Part shown: positions 20,361-29,762 of the stretch, piece by piece
Numbering within the stretch: position 1 is the first letter of the stretch
Layout: every line of letters begins with the position of its first letter
Assembly: GCA_947085035.1 (NCBI GenBank)
Contig: CAMTUW010000005.1
Location: forward strand, 22,057 to 86,056
From: an uncultured Actinomycetes bacterium
GTDB lineage: Bacteria; Actinomycetota; Coriobacteriia; Anaerosomatales; PHET01
Direction: 5' to 3'
DNA: 64,000 nucleotides
The notes under the pieces: generated by a model
What the model saw: only the letters and a program-made list of their open reading frames with translations
Database searches by the model: none
What the model was told of the DNA's origin: nothing
Made by a program: the position numbers and the translations under genes

Positions 20361-21194
20361 ATGAGCGCCTCGATCTGGAGATGCGGCCGCTTCGCGCTTC
20401 GAACTGACGCGCCACTCGTCATGGGTGTCCTCAACACGACGCCCGACTCGTTTTCCGATGGCGGCGAGTTCGAAGACCCGGTGAGCGCCATCGTCCACGG
20501 TGAGCGTCTCGTCGCGCAGGGCGCGGCGATCCTCGACGTGGGCGGCGAGTCGACCCGGCCGGGTGCCGAGGCCATCGCGGACGCCCAGGAGCTCGCACGC
20601 GTTCGCCCCGTCGTGCTGCGCCTCTCGGCCGAAGGGGTGCCCGTGTCGGTCGACACGCGAAGTGCGCGGGTGGCCGCGGCCTGCCTCGAGGCCGGAGCGA
20701 GCATCATCAACGACGTCTCGGGCTTTCGCGACCCCGACATGGTGCGCGTCGCCGTCGACTCCGAGTGCGGTGTCGTCGTCATGCACATGGTTGGCCAGCC
20801 GGCGACGATGCAAGACGCACCCCGCTACGATGACGTTGTCGCCGAGGTGGGCGGGTTCCTGCTCGCGCAGGCCGCCACGCTCGAGGATGGGGGCGTGGCG
20901 CGCGAGCGGATCGCGATCGATCCGGGCATCGGCTTCGGCAAGAGTCTCGAGCACAATCTCGCACTTCTGCGCGGGTTGCCGGTGCTCGCTTCGCATGGGT
21001 ATCCGGTACTCGTGGGGGCGTCTCGCAAGCGATTCATCGGCGAGTTGACCGGCGAGGACGAGCCAAAGCAACGATTGGGCGGGTCGCTTGCTGCCGCGCT
21101 TGAGGCCGTGCGGCTCGGTGCTTCGATCGTGCGTGTGCATGACGTCGCGGCGACGGTGCAGGCACTCGCCGTGGCCCGCGCGATCGCCCGATGA
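20361..21194 (+). CDS. folP: Dihydropteroate synthase
   Basis: GVLNTTPDSFSDGG, DVGGESTRPG, DPGIGFGK, SRKRF, IVRVHDV. Confidence 0.95.
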   Translation: MSASIWRCGRFALRTDAPLVMGVLNTTPDSFSDGGEFEDPVSAIVHGERLVAQGAAILDVGGESTRPGAEAIADAQELARVRPVVLRLSAEGVPVSVDTRSARVAAACLEAGASIINDVSGFRDPDMVRVAVDSECGVVVMHMVGQPATMQDAPRYDDVVAEVGGFLLAQAATLEDGGVARERIAIDPGIGFGKSLEHNLALLRGLPVLASHGYPVLVGASRKRFIGELTGEDEPKQRLGGSLAAALEAVRLGASIVRVHDVAATVQALAVARAIAR

Positions 21195-21262
21195 GTCCGG
21201 TTCGCTCCTGCGGGGAATATCTGACGTGGAGAGTGCCGCCGCGAGCGAAGGAGTGACCTCCT

Positions 21263-22075
21263 GTGACCACGGCCTACATCGGAATGGGAAGCAATCTGGG
21301 CGACCGCATGGTGAATCTCACGCGTGCGCTCGCGGCGTTGGCGGGCATCCCGTCGACTCACGTCGAGAACGTCTCCAACGCCTACGAGTCAGCTCCTGCG
21401 TACGTTCATGACCAGCCGCGCTTCTTGAACGCGGTCGTCGCGGTGTCCACGGCGCTTGCCGCCGACGCGCTCCTCGAGCATCTGCTCGAACTCGAGATGA
21501 CGATGGGGCGCATGTCCAGACATGACAAGGGCCCGCGCATCATCGACCTCGACCTGTTGCTCTTCGGCGACGAGGAGTGGGACTCGCCGGACCTCGTCAT
21601 TCCCCATCCGGGCATCACCGAACGCGATTTCGTGCTGACACCGCTTCTCGAGATCGCGCCGCGCATGGTGCTTCCCGACGGTACGCACCTGAAGCGCTCG
21701 GCAGCGCGGGTTGGTGACGTGATCGCCGACGCGGGCCCGATTCCGGACCACGGACCCGGTGAGAGAGTCCCGATCGAGCCCACCAGCTGGGTCGAAGTGG
21801 CCGCAAGCGAGACGACGGCCGACCGTGTACTCGGCTTCGACGCCGCCTTGCAGCTCGCGAGCAGCGTGTTTCAGCAGGAGGACATCCCGTTTTCGTGGGC
21901 ACCGCACGAGCCGGGTGTCGACATGGATCCATTCGGTCTTCCGATTGTCTTTCGGCTGCTCGTGCCGGTCGACTACGAGGAGCGGGCGCGTGAGCTGATC
22001 GACGAGATCAAAGCCGCACCGCTGATCATGCTCGACGGTTCTGAGTTCCCGCTTCCAACAGATCAGGAGAAGTGA
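21263..22075 (+). CDS. folK: HPPK with about 100-aa C-terminal extra domain
   Basis: AYIGMGSNLGD, FLNAV, GPRIIDLDLL, IPHP..RDFVLTPL. Confidence 0.9.
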   Translation: MTTAYIGMGSNLGDRMVNLTRALAALAGIPSTHVENVSNAYESAPAYVHDQPRFLNAVVAVSTALAADALLEHLLELEMTMGRMSRHDKGPRIIDLDLLLFGDEEWDSPDLVIPHPGITERDFVLTPLLEIAPRMVLPDGTHLKRSAARVGDVIADAGPIPDHGPGERVPIEPTSWVEVAASETTADRVLGFDAALQLASSVFQQEDIPFSWAPHEPGVDMDPFGLPIVFRLLVPVDYEERARELIDEIKAAPLIMLDGSEFPLPTDQEK

Positions 22076-22211
22076 TCGCCGGGGTGATCGCCGGGGGCTC
22101 GAGGACGCGGTCGACCTCGTGGAACCGGTGATATACTCGCACTCCCTTGTCGGAGGGTCGCGTGGACCCGCATCCTGTGGGCTGCGACGACGGACCGTGA
22201 AAGGAGGCGCC

Positions 22212-23105
22212 ATGAGCGCCCAGATTCCCCCCCAGCGCGGTCCCCGCGTGACCGCGAAGTCGCTGTGTGCGCTGAAGGCGTCGAGCAGGCCGATCGTCAT
22301 GATCACGGCCTACGATTTCGCGAGCGCCCGATTGGTCGAGCACGCTGGCATCGATGCGATCCTCGTGGGCGACTCGTTGGGGATGACCGTACTCGGTCAC
22401 GAAAGCACGCTCCCCGTCACACTCGACGACATGCTTCGGGCGACCACGGCGGTCTCGCGCGCATGCGAGCGCGTCTTGGTCGTGGCCGACATGCCGTTCA
22501 TGAGCTACCAGGTCTCATACGAGGAGGGCATGCGCAACGCCGGTCGCATGATCGCCGCAGGCGGCGCACACGCGGTCAAGCTCGAGGGTGCGACGTCGTT
22601 GACGCTCGCGCTGGTACGCGGCCTGTCCGAGGCCGGCGTTCCGGTGATGGGCCACGTGGGGCTCACGCCCCAGTCCGTGCACGCCTTGGGCGGCTACCGA
22701 CTGCAGGCCACCGACGAGACCGCTGCGGCGAAGCTCCTCTCGGACTGCTTGGCGCTTGAGGCCGCCGGTGCGTTCGCCGTCGTACTCGAGTGCATCCCCG
22801 CCGAGCTCGCCGAGCGCGTGACAGCGCTCCTTTCGGTGCCCACGATCGGCATCGGCGCGGGCGTGGGCTGCGACGGCCAGGTGCAGGTCTTCCACGACCT
22901 TCTGGGTCTTTCCGAGCGTCAACCGCGCCACGCCGCGCGCTACGTCGACCTTTCGGCCGCGATCGTCAATGCCGTCGAAACATACGCCGCCGACGTGCGC
23001 GCAGGTGCGTTTCCCACCGAACAGCAGACCACCCACGCAGACGTCGCGATGGTGACGGCCGCCCTCGAAGCGGTTGGCCGCAGCGATTCGGGAGCGCACA
23101 CGTGA
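22212..23105 (+). CDS. panB: 3-methyl-2-oxobutanoate hydroxymethyltransferase
   Basis: TAYD, LVGDSLGM, ADMPF, VKLEG, GHVGLTPQ; AAGGAGG RBS. Confidence 0.95.
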   Translation: MSAQIPPQRGPRVTAKSLCALKASSRPIVMITAYDFASARLVEHAGIDAILVGDSLGMTVLGHESTLPVTLDDMLRATTAVSRACERVLVVADMPFMSYQVSYEEGMRNAGRMIAAGGAHAVKLEGATSLTLALVRGLSEAGVPVMGHVGLTPQSVHALGGYRLQATDETAAAKLLSDCLALEAAGAFAVVLECIPAELAERVTALLSVPTIGIGAGVGCDGQVQVFHDLLGLSERQPRHAARYVDLSAAIVNAVETYAADVRAGAFPTEQQTTHADVAMVTAALEAVGRSDSGAHT

Positions 23106-23962
23106 TCGAGCGCATCGCGAGTAAGCTCGAGGTGCGTGCGGCGCTTGCCGAGGCGCGCCGCGAGGGGAAGAGCATCGGCTTCGTGCCCACGATGGGAGCC
23201 TTGCACAGGGGGCACCTCTCGCTCGTCGAGGCCGCGCGCGCCCGAACCGACATCGTGGTGGCCTCGATCTTCGTGAACCCCACGCAGTTCGCCCCCGGCG
23301 AGGATTTCGATACCTACCCGCGCCGAATCGATGAGGATATCGTGGTTCTCGGCGCAGAGGGCGTGCACCTGGTCTTCACTCCGAGCGATGCCGAGATGTA
23401 CGGCGACGGGCCGCTCGTCACCGTCGACCCCGGTCCGTTCGCGAATCGGTGGGAGGGGATGGTGCGTCCCGGCCATTTCCGAGGGGTGGCCACGGTCGTC
23501 GCCAAGCTTCTCGGCATCATCGCACCCGATATCGCCTTCTTCGGCGAGAAGGACTACCAGCAGCTCCAGATCGTGAAGCGGCTCGCGTCCGACCTCGACA
23601 TGGGCTGCTCGGTCGTGGGTTGTCCGACCGTGCGCGACGCAGACGATCTCGCGCTTTCGAGTCGCAACGCTTGCTTGGATCGTGGTCAGCGCGAGGTCGC
23701 GCTGGCGCTGCCTGCCGCGCTCGCCGCAGCCGAGGAGCGACTCGCGTGGGGCGAGCGTGATGGTGCCGCGCTCGAGGATGCGATGCGCACCGCCGTCGTA
23801 CGGGTGGCCGGAGATGCCGTGGCGCTCGATTACGCCGCGGTCGTCGATGCCGTGACGCTCGAGCCGCTGGCGCACGTCTCGCACGAGGCCCGCGCCATCA
23901 TCGCCGGACGGGTGGGCTCGACTCGCCTGATCGATAACTGCGCCCTCGTGGTGAAGGAGTAG
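23102..23962 (+). CDS. panC: Pantoate-beta-alanine ligase
   Basis: FVPTMGALHRGH, SIFVNPTQF, RPGHF, FGEKDYQQ, RLIDN. Confidence 0.95.
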   Translation: MIERIASKLEVRAALAEARREGKSIGFVPTMGALHRGHLSLVEAARARTDIVVASIFVNPTQFAPGEDFDTYPRRIDEDIVVLGAEGVHLVFTPSDAEMYGDGPLVTVDPGPFANRWEGMVRPGHFRGVATVVAKLLGIIAPDIAFFGEKDYQQLQIVKRLASDLDMGCSVVGCPTVRDADDLALSSRNACLDRGQREVALALPAALAAAEERLAWGERDGAALEDAMRTAVVRVAGDAVALDYAAVVDAVTLEPLAHVSHEARAIIAGRVGSTRLIDNCALVVKE

Positions 23963-23969
23963 CCCGAAG

Positions 23970-24893
23970 ATGCCCGACGCAGCGACGATCGCCGCCCTCA
24001 CTTCCGAGATCCGCACGCTCGCGGCTCAGCGCGACGCGGTGGTGATCGCCCACAACTACCAGCGCGCCGAGGTCCAAGACGCCGCAGACTTCACTGGGGA
24101 CTCGTTGGGGCTCTCGCGAGAAGCCGCCGCCACGGACGCCTCGACGATCGTCTTCGCGGGCGTGCACTTCATGGCCGAGACCGCGAAGATTCTCGCCCCG
24201 GACAAGCGCGTGCTGCTGCCTGAGCCGCGCGCGGGATGCCCCATGGCCGACATGATCACCGGAGAGGGGCTGCGCGCGTGGAAGGCGGAGCACCCCGGCG
24301 TGCCGGTCGTGACGTATGTGAACTCCTCGGCAGAGGTCAAGGCCGAAAGCGACGTCTGCGTCACGAGCGCGAACGCCGTCGCGGTCGTCCGTGCGCTGGG
24401 CGCCGCGCGCATCCTCTTCGCCCCGGACCGCAATCTGGGCTCGTGGGTCGCGCGGTCGCTTCCCGGCGTCGAGGTGCTGCTGTGGGAGGGCTGGTGCCCC
24501 ACGCACGACGACGTCACGCCCGCGCAGGTCCTGGCCGCTCGCGAGGCGCACCCTGAGGCACGGGTGATGGCGCACCCCGAGTGTCGGCCCGAGGTCGTCG
24601 ACCTGGCCGACGCGGTGCTCTCGACCTCGCAGATGCTCGCGTTCGCCGCGAACGACCCGGCGTCGTCGTTCGTCGTCGTCACCGAGACGGGACTCATCCA
24701 CGCGCTGGCCAAAGCTGCTCCCGGCAAGGAGTTCTTCGAACTCTCGCCCACGATGCTTTGCCCCAACATGAAGGTCACGACGCTTGCGAAGGTCCGCGAC
24801 GCGCTGCTGCACGATCAGCATGAGGTCGTGGTCCCTGAATCGGTCGCGCTCAGAGCGCGTGCCGCCGTCGAGCGGATGGTTGCGATTGGCTGA
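23970..24893 (+). CDS. nadA: Quinolinate synthase
   Basis: AHNYQ, GVHFMAE, AGCPMA, YVNS, AHPEC, CPNMK. Confidence 0.95.
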   Translation: MPDAATIAALTSEIRTLAAQRDAVVIAHNYQRAEVQDAADFTGDSLGLSREAAATDASTIVFAGVHFMAETAKILAPDKRVLLPEPRAGCPMADMITGEGLRAWKAEHPGVPVVTYVNSSAEVKAESDVCVTSANAVAVVRALGAARILFAPDRNLGSWVARSLPGVEVLLWEGWCPTHDDVTPAQVLAAREAHPEARVMAHPECRPEVVDLADAVLSTSQMLAFAANDPASSFVVVTETGLIHALAKAAPGKEFFELSPTMLCPNMKVTTLAKVRDALLHDQHEVVVPESVALRARAAVERMVAIG

Positions 24894-26520
24894 CGCGCTC
24901 ACTTTCGGCTCGCGGTTTCTGTTGCCCGAGGCGCGCGAGGCCCGGGTGTCGCACTCGGACGTGCTGGTGGTCGGCTCGGGAATCGCGGGGCTCACGGCCG
25001 CGCTTCACTGCTCCCGGGAGCACTCGGTCACACTCGTCACAAAGGCCGGCGTCAGCGAGTCGAATACCTGGTACGCCCAGGGCGGCATAGCGGGCGCGGT
25101 CGGCGAGACGGACTCCATCGAGCTTCACGTTGCCGACACGCTGCTCGTTGGTCAGGGGCTGTGCGACGAGGCGGTGGTCCGCGCGGTCGTTGGCGAGGCG
25201 CCCGAGGCGCTCGAGTCGCTCCTGGGATTCGGGGTGCGCTTCGATGTCGCCGAGCGAGGAGGCGTGGCGCTCGCGCTGGAAGGCGGCCACTCGCTGCCGC
25301 GCGTGCTGCATTTCGGTGATCGCACCGGTGCTGCGATCCAGCAGGCGCTGACCGACACGCTGCTCACGCGCTCGCGCGTGCCGGTGGTCGAGCACAGCTT
25401 CCTCGTCGATCTGCTCACCGACGAGTCGGGCCGATGCACGGGAGCGTTGTTCGTGAACGCCAAGACCGGTGAGGCCGAAACACGACTGGCCGACGCGGTC
25501 GTGCTGGCCACCGGCGGCGCGGGTCAGGTGTTCAGGGTGACGACGAACCCGGACATCGCCACCGGTGACGGTATCGCCGCCGGATGGCGTGCCGGTGCGC
25601 GCGTCACCGATCTCGAGTTCGTGCAGTTTCACCCGACGGCGCTCGATCACGATGCGGCGCCGCGCTTCCTCGTGAGCGAGGCGCTTCGGGGCGAGGGCGC
25701 GTACCTGCTCGACTGCGACGGGGAGCGCTTCATGCTTCAGGCCCACCCGCTCGCGGAACTCGCCCCGCGCGATGTCGTGAGCCGCGAGATCGAGCGGGTG
25801 ATGGCCCGCTGTGGGCGCGCCAACGTGTCACTCGACGCTCGTCACCTGGGTGAGCCCACGCTGCGCGCGCGGTTCCCGAACATCTGGCGCGCATGCGTTG
25901 AGGCCGGTTATGACCTGGCACGCGACCTCGTTCCCGTGGCTCCTGCCGCCCACTACTTCGTGGGCGGGCTTGTCGTCGACGTGGACGGCCGCACCAGTGT
26001 GCCGGGGCTCTTCGCGACCGGCGAGGTCGCGGCGAGCGGCCTTCACGGCGCGAACCGTCTGGCGTCGAACTCGCTTCTCGAGGGGCTCGTCTTCTCGCGC
26101 AGGATCGCGCGGGTGCTTCGCGCGGGTGCACCCGCAAGAGTCGGCGAGGGCGCTCCCGCACAGGGTGGTCCGGCACCGGGTGACTCCACGATCGACGTCG
26201 GCACCGCTCGTGGGCAGCTGCAAGACATCGCAGCCGAGGGGCTCGGCATGAGCCGGACCCGAGAAGGTCTCGACCGGGCGGCGGAGCGTATCGCGAGGCT
26301 GGCGGCGTGCGCGCCACCACCCGGCGCCATCGCAGAGTGCGAGCTCAGAAACCTGCTCACCGTGGCCGGACTCATCGCCGCCGCCGCGACGCTGCGGACC
26401 GAGTCGCGGGGCTGTCACGCGCGCCTCGATCACCCCCAGCGAGACGATACGGCGTGGCTCGGACATACTGTGTTCCGGCGTGGCGACGAGCCCCGCTTCG
26501 AGCCGAGTCCCAACCGGTAG
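24886..26520 (+). CDS. nadB: L-aspartate oxidase
   Basis: GSGIAG, AQGGIA, QFHPT, LAPRDVV, GLHGANRLASNSLLEG; TTG start inferred. Confidence 0.92.
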   Translation: MADALTFGSRFLLPEAREARVSHSDVLVVGSGIAGLTAALHCSREHSVTLVTKAGVSESNTWYAQGGIAGAVGETDSIELHVADTLLVGQGLCDEAVVRAVVGEAPEALESLLGFGVRFDVAERGGVALALEGGHSLPRVLHFGDRTGAAIQQALTDTLLTRSRVPVVEHSFLVDLLTDESGRCTGALFVNAKTGEAETRLADAVVLATGGAGQVFRVTTNPDIATGDGIAAGWRAGARVTDLEFVQFHPTALDHDAAPRFLVSEALRGEGAYLLDCDGERFMLQAHPLAELAPRDVVSREIERVMARCGRANVSLDARHLGEPTLRARFPNIWRACVEAGYDLARDLVPVAPAAHYFVGGLVVDVDGRTSVPGLFATGEVAASGLHGANRLASNSLLEGLVFSRRIARVLRAGAPARVGEGAPAQGGPAPGDSTIDVGTARGQLQDIAAEGLGMSRTREGLDRAAERIARLAACAPPPGAIAECELRNLLTVAGLIAAAATLRTESRGCHARLDHPQRDDTAWLGHTVFRRGDEPRFEPSPNR

Positions 26521-26531
26521 GAGGAGTGGCC

Positions 26532-27443
26532 GTGTACGTGCTTCCCGACATCACCCGCATCGTCGCGGCCGCGCTCGCCGAGGACCTGGGCGTCGATCCG
26601 GGACGTCTGCTCGGTGAGCAGCCGGGTTCGGTCGATATCCTCACCCGCGATGTGACCACGTCGTCGGTCGTCGGGCCCGATTCCGTCTTTCGCGGCTCCC
26701 TGGTGGCGAGAGAGCGCTGCGTCGTGGCTGGTCTGCCGGTCGCGGCCGCGGTCTTCGAGATGCTCTCAGTGGCGGCCGGGCTCTTCGAGCCCGTGGACGT
26801 GTTCCCGCTCGTCGCCGAGGGCTCTTGCGTGGAGCCCGGTACCGCGGTCGCCGAGGTCGAGGGTCTCTCGTCGGTGGTGCTCGGCGCCGAACGCACCGCA
26901 CTCGACTTCCTGATGGTGCTTTCCGGGATCGCAACGCGGACCGCGACGTGGGTCGAGGCCGCAGGCGACACGCTCGTGGTCTGCGATACGCGAAAGACCA
27001 TGCCGGGCCTGCGCGAGCTGGCGAAATACGCCGTGCGCGTCGGAGGCGGCACGAACCATCGAGCCGGGCTCTGGGACATGGTGCTCGTCAAGGACAACCA
27101 CCTGCGCCACGCATCGGTCACCGAAGCGGTGTCACGGGCACGTGATGCCCACCCGGGCCTGATCATCCAGGCCGAAGCCGACACGCTCGAGGCCGCGCTT
27201 GAAGCGGTCGAGGCGGGCGCTGACATGGTGCTGCTCGACAACATGGACGACGCGACGCTCACGCGAGTGGTCTCAGCATGCCGCGAGACGGCGACCCGTC
27301 GCGGGCGCCCCGTGGTCATCGAGGCGTCGGGAAACATCACGCTGAGGCGCCTGCCCGGTCTGCGCGCCACAGGCGTGAACAGGGTATCCTCCTCTGCATT
27401 GACGTTCGCTCCACCGGTTGATTTCGCGTTGGACGAGGCGTAG
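26532..27443 (+). CDS. nadC: Quinolinate phosphoribosyltransferase
   Basis: DTRKTMPGLR, NHRAGL, KDNH, LLDNM, EASG. Confidence 0.93.
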   Translation: MYVLPDITRIVAAALAEDLGVDPGRLLGEQPGSVDILTRDVTTSSVVGPDSVFRGSLVARERCVVAGLPVAAAVFEMLSVAAGLFEPVDVFPLVAEGSCVEPGTAVAEVEGLSSVVLGAERTALDFLMVLSGIATRTATWVEAAGDTLVVCDTRKTMPGLRELAKYAVRVGGGTNHRAGLWDMVLVKDNHLRHASVTEAVSRARDAHPGLIIQAEADTLEAALEAVEAGADMVLLDNMDDATLTRVVSACRETATRRGRPVVIEASGNITLRRLPGLRATGVNRVSSSALTFAPPVDFALDEA

Positions 27444-27478
27444 GACCGTTCATTCTCGATGACTCGGAGGTTTCATAC

Positions 27479-28168
27479 GTGGTACCGCAGATCGGCGTAC
27501 CGGCCGTTGACTGGTTCTTGAATCTCCTCGATGCGTGGGGTTATCTGATCGTCCTCGGCTTCACCATCCTCGAGAACCTCTTCATCATCGGTTCGTTCAC
27601 GCCCGGCGAGACGTTCGTGATCGCTGCGGCGTTCGTCTCGAACAGCGGTAGCCTCAGCCTGCCGCTCGTCTGGGTGTCCTCGTTCATCGGTACGATGATC
27701 GGCAGCAACGCCACCTATCTTCTGGGCCGACGTGCTGGCCTGCCCCGGGTTCACCGGCTCGTTGAGCGGCTGGCCGCAACGCGCATCGGGCGCCTGCTCA
27801 AGATCGACCCCGCAGTGCTCGACGAGGTGGAGGAGCACTTCGCCACGGACGGCTCGAAGGCCGTCTTCTTCTCGCGGTTCGCGGTCGGTGCGAAGAACTT
27901 CGTGCCGGCGGTGGCCGGAGCGGTGCGCATGCCGGTGTTCTGGTTCGAGTTCCACACGATCTTCAGCGCTATCGTCTACGGCAGCCTCATGTGTTTCATC
28001 GGCTGGCTTCTCGGCGAGAACATCGAGCTTGCGCTGCGAGTCGCTGGAAGCATCGGCTGGGTGGGACTCTTCGTGATGCTCGCCGTTGGCACATTCCTCG
28101 TGGTGGGGCGCAGGCGCTACAAAGCGCGCAAGGCGGCGCTCGGCGAGAATGACGAGGGCATGCGGTGA
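27479..28168 (+). CDS. DedA family membrane protein
   Basis: LENLFIIGSFTPGE, IGSNATYLLGR, FFSRF. Confidence 0.85.
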   Translation: MVPQIGVPAVDWFLNLLDAWGYLIVLGFTILENLFIIGSFTPGETFVIAAAFVSNSGSLSLPLVWVSSFIGTMIGSNATYLLGRRAGLPRVHRLVERLAATRIGRLLKIDPAVLDEVEEHFATDGSKAVFFSRFAVGAKNFVPAVAGAVRMPVFWFEFHTIFSAIVYGSLMCFIGWLLGENIELALRVAGSIGWVGLFVMLAVGTFLVVGRRRYKARKAALGENDEGMR

Positions 28169-29124
28169 GCACGCGCGAGCGGGTCTTGCGCGCATTGCTC
28201 GATTCGGGCGCTGCGGGCTTGAGCGGGGAGACGCTCGCTCGTGAGCTCGGCGTCAGTCGTGTCGCGGTGGGCAAGCACGTCGCCGCGCTGCGAGAGCAGG
28301 GCTACGTCATCGAGGCTTCACCGGCCGTCGGCTATCGCCTCGTTGAGATCCCTGACCTCGCGTTGCCGCTTGAGATCGCGCGACGCGTGAGCGATCCGTT
28401 CTGGAGCCGCTTCGAGGGCGGGATGGTCACCGTTTCGACGAACGAGGACGCGCGAGGACTCGCGCGCGCAGGTGCCGCCGAGGGCACAGTCGTCGTGGCT
28501 GCTCGGCAGACCGGCGGGCGTGGGCGGCTCGGTCGCACGTGGGTGTCTCCCGAGGGAGGTGCGTACGTCTCGGTGGTTCTCAGGCCCTGCGTGGCTCCCG
28601 CCGAGCTGGGTGCGCTCGCGCTGGTGGTCGGGCTGGGCATCGCGCGCGGGCTTGAGTCGCTGGGAGTTCGCCCCCGGCTGAAGTGGCCGAACGACCTGTC
28701 GATGGGCGGCGGCAAACTCGCGGGGGTGCTCCTCGAGATGGCGGCCGAGGGCGATCGGGTCGAGTGGGTCGTGGCCGGCTTCGGCGTGAACGTTCGCCGT
28801 TCGCCTGATGCGCCGTCCGGCGCCGCCTACGTGGACGACATGGTTCCCGGCGTGGGCGTGGCACGCGTTGCCGCCGCCGCGCTCGACGGAGTCGCCAGCT
28901 CCTATCTCGAGTGGCGCACGACCGGCTTCGCCGCGCTGCTCGACGCCTACGAGGAGCGCTCGGCTCTTAACGGCGAGCGGGTCGTCGTGCGAGACGCCAC
29001 CGGGGTGACCCGCGCCGAGGGCACCGTCGAGGGTGTCGATCGTGAGGGCCGGCTGCTCGTGCGGTCGGGCGAGAGCATCGTGCCCGTGGCATCCGGCGAG
29101 GTCACGCTGCGCGAATCTTCTTGA
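28165..29124 (+). CDS. birA: Bifunctional biotin ligase/repressor
   Basis: N-terminal HTH (SGETLARELGVSRVAV), QTGGRGRLGRTW, KWPND, KLAGVL. Confidence 0.93.
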   Translation: MSTRERVLRALLDSGAAGLSGETLARELGVSRVAVGKHVAALREQGYVIEASPAVGYRLVEIPDLALPLEIARRVSDPFWSRFEGGMVTVSTNEDARGLARAGAAEGTVVVAARQTGGRGRLGRTWVSPEGGAYVSVVLRPCVAPAELGALALVVGLGIARGLESLGVRPRLKWPNDLSMGGGKLAGVLLEMAAEGDRVEWVVAGFGVNVRRSPDAPSGAAYVDDMVPGVGVARVAAAALDGVASSYLEWRTTGFAALLDAYEERSALNGERVVVRDATGVTRAEGTVEGVDREGRLLVRSGESIVPVASGEVTLRESS

Positions 29125-29176
29125 CGCACGTGGGGGACTCCCTTATTGTAAACCGCTCCATAACGAGTGGTTAACG
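29121..29176 (+). promoter_or_regulatory. bioY promoter overlapped by BirA operator
   Basis: TTGACG(29121)-17 bp-TATTGT(29144); TGTAAACC-N14-GGTTAACG (29147-29176) fits the Gram-positive BirA box. Confidence 0.8.
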
Positions 29177-29188
29177 AAGGGAACTCCC

Positions 29189-29755
29189 ATGCAGGAGATG
29201 TTTACGTCGAGGTCACGTGTACGTGACATGGTGACAGCCGCTCTGCTGGCCGCGATGATCGCGGGTACGGCATGGATCAACATCCAGATCGGGCCGGTTC
29301 CGTTCACGCTGCAGACGACGTTCGTGCTGCTTGCGGGGCTCTTGCTCCGTCCGGGCTGGGCGGCCGCTTCCATGGGGATCTACCTGCTGCTCGGAGCCGT
29401 CGGGCTGCCCGTGTTCGCGGGCGGGCAGGGCGGGTTCCAGGCGCTTCTCGGACCGACCGGAGGTTTCCTGCTCGCCTTTCCGGTTGCGGCGTGGGTGCTC
29501 TCGATGGTCAGAAGCCTCGCCGATCGCGCCGCATGGTCGGGCCGTGTCCGGCTCGCCGCTGACATCGCCGGCGTGATCGCGGCCGAGGTGGTCATCTACG
29601 CCGTGGGCGTGCCGTGGCTCATGGCCTCGTTGGGCATGGACATCTCCAAAGCGCTCGCCGTAGCGATGCTGCCGTTCCTGATCCCGGACGCCGTCAAGGC
29701 GATCATCGCGCTTGTCGTGGTCAGCGCGGTGCGACGCGTGCGGATCCAGGGGTAG
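29189..29755 (+). CDS. bioY: Biotin ECF S-component
   Basis: PVPFTLQT, GAVGLPVFAGG, GPTGGFL, PFLIPD. Confidence 0.93.
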   Translation: MQEMFTSRSRVRDMVTAALLAAMIAGTAWINIQIGPVPFTLQTTFVLLAGLLLRPGWAAASMGIYLLLGAVGLPVFAGGQGGFQALLGPTGGFLLAFPVAAWVLSMVRSLADRAAWSGRVRLAADIAGVIAAEVVIYAVGVPWLMASLGMDISKALAVAMLPFLIPDAVKAIIALVVVSAVRRVRIQG

Positions 29756-29762
29756 TAAGGCT

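Noticed and set aside
22072-22095. 12-bp tandem duplication GTGATCGCCGGG x2 at the folK stop
   Set aside because: Only two copies, no spacer; likely slippage, not CRISPR or a target-site duplication.
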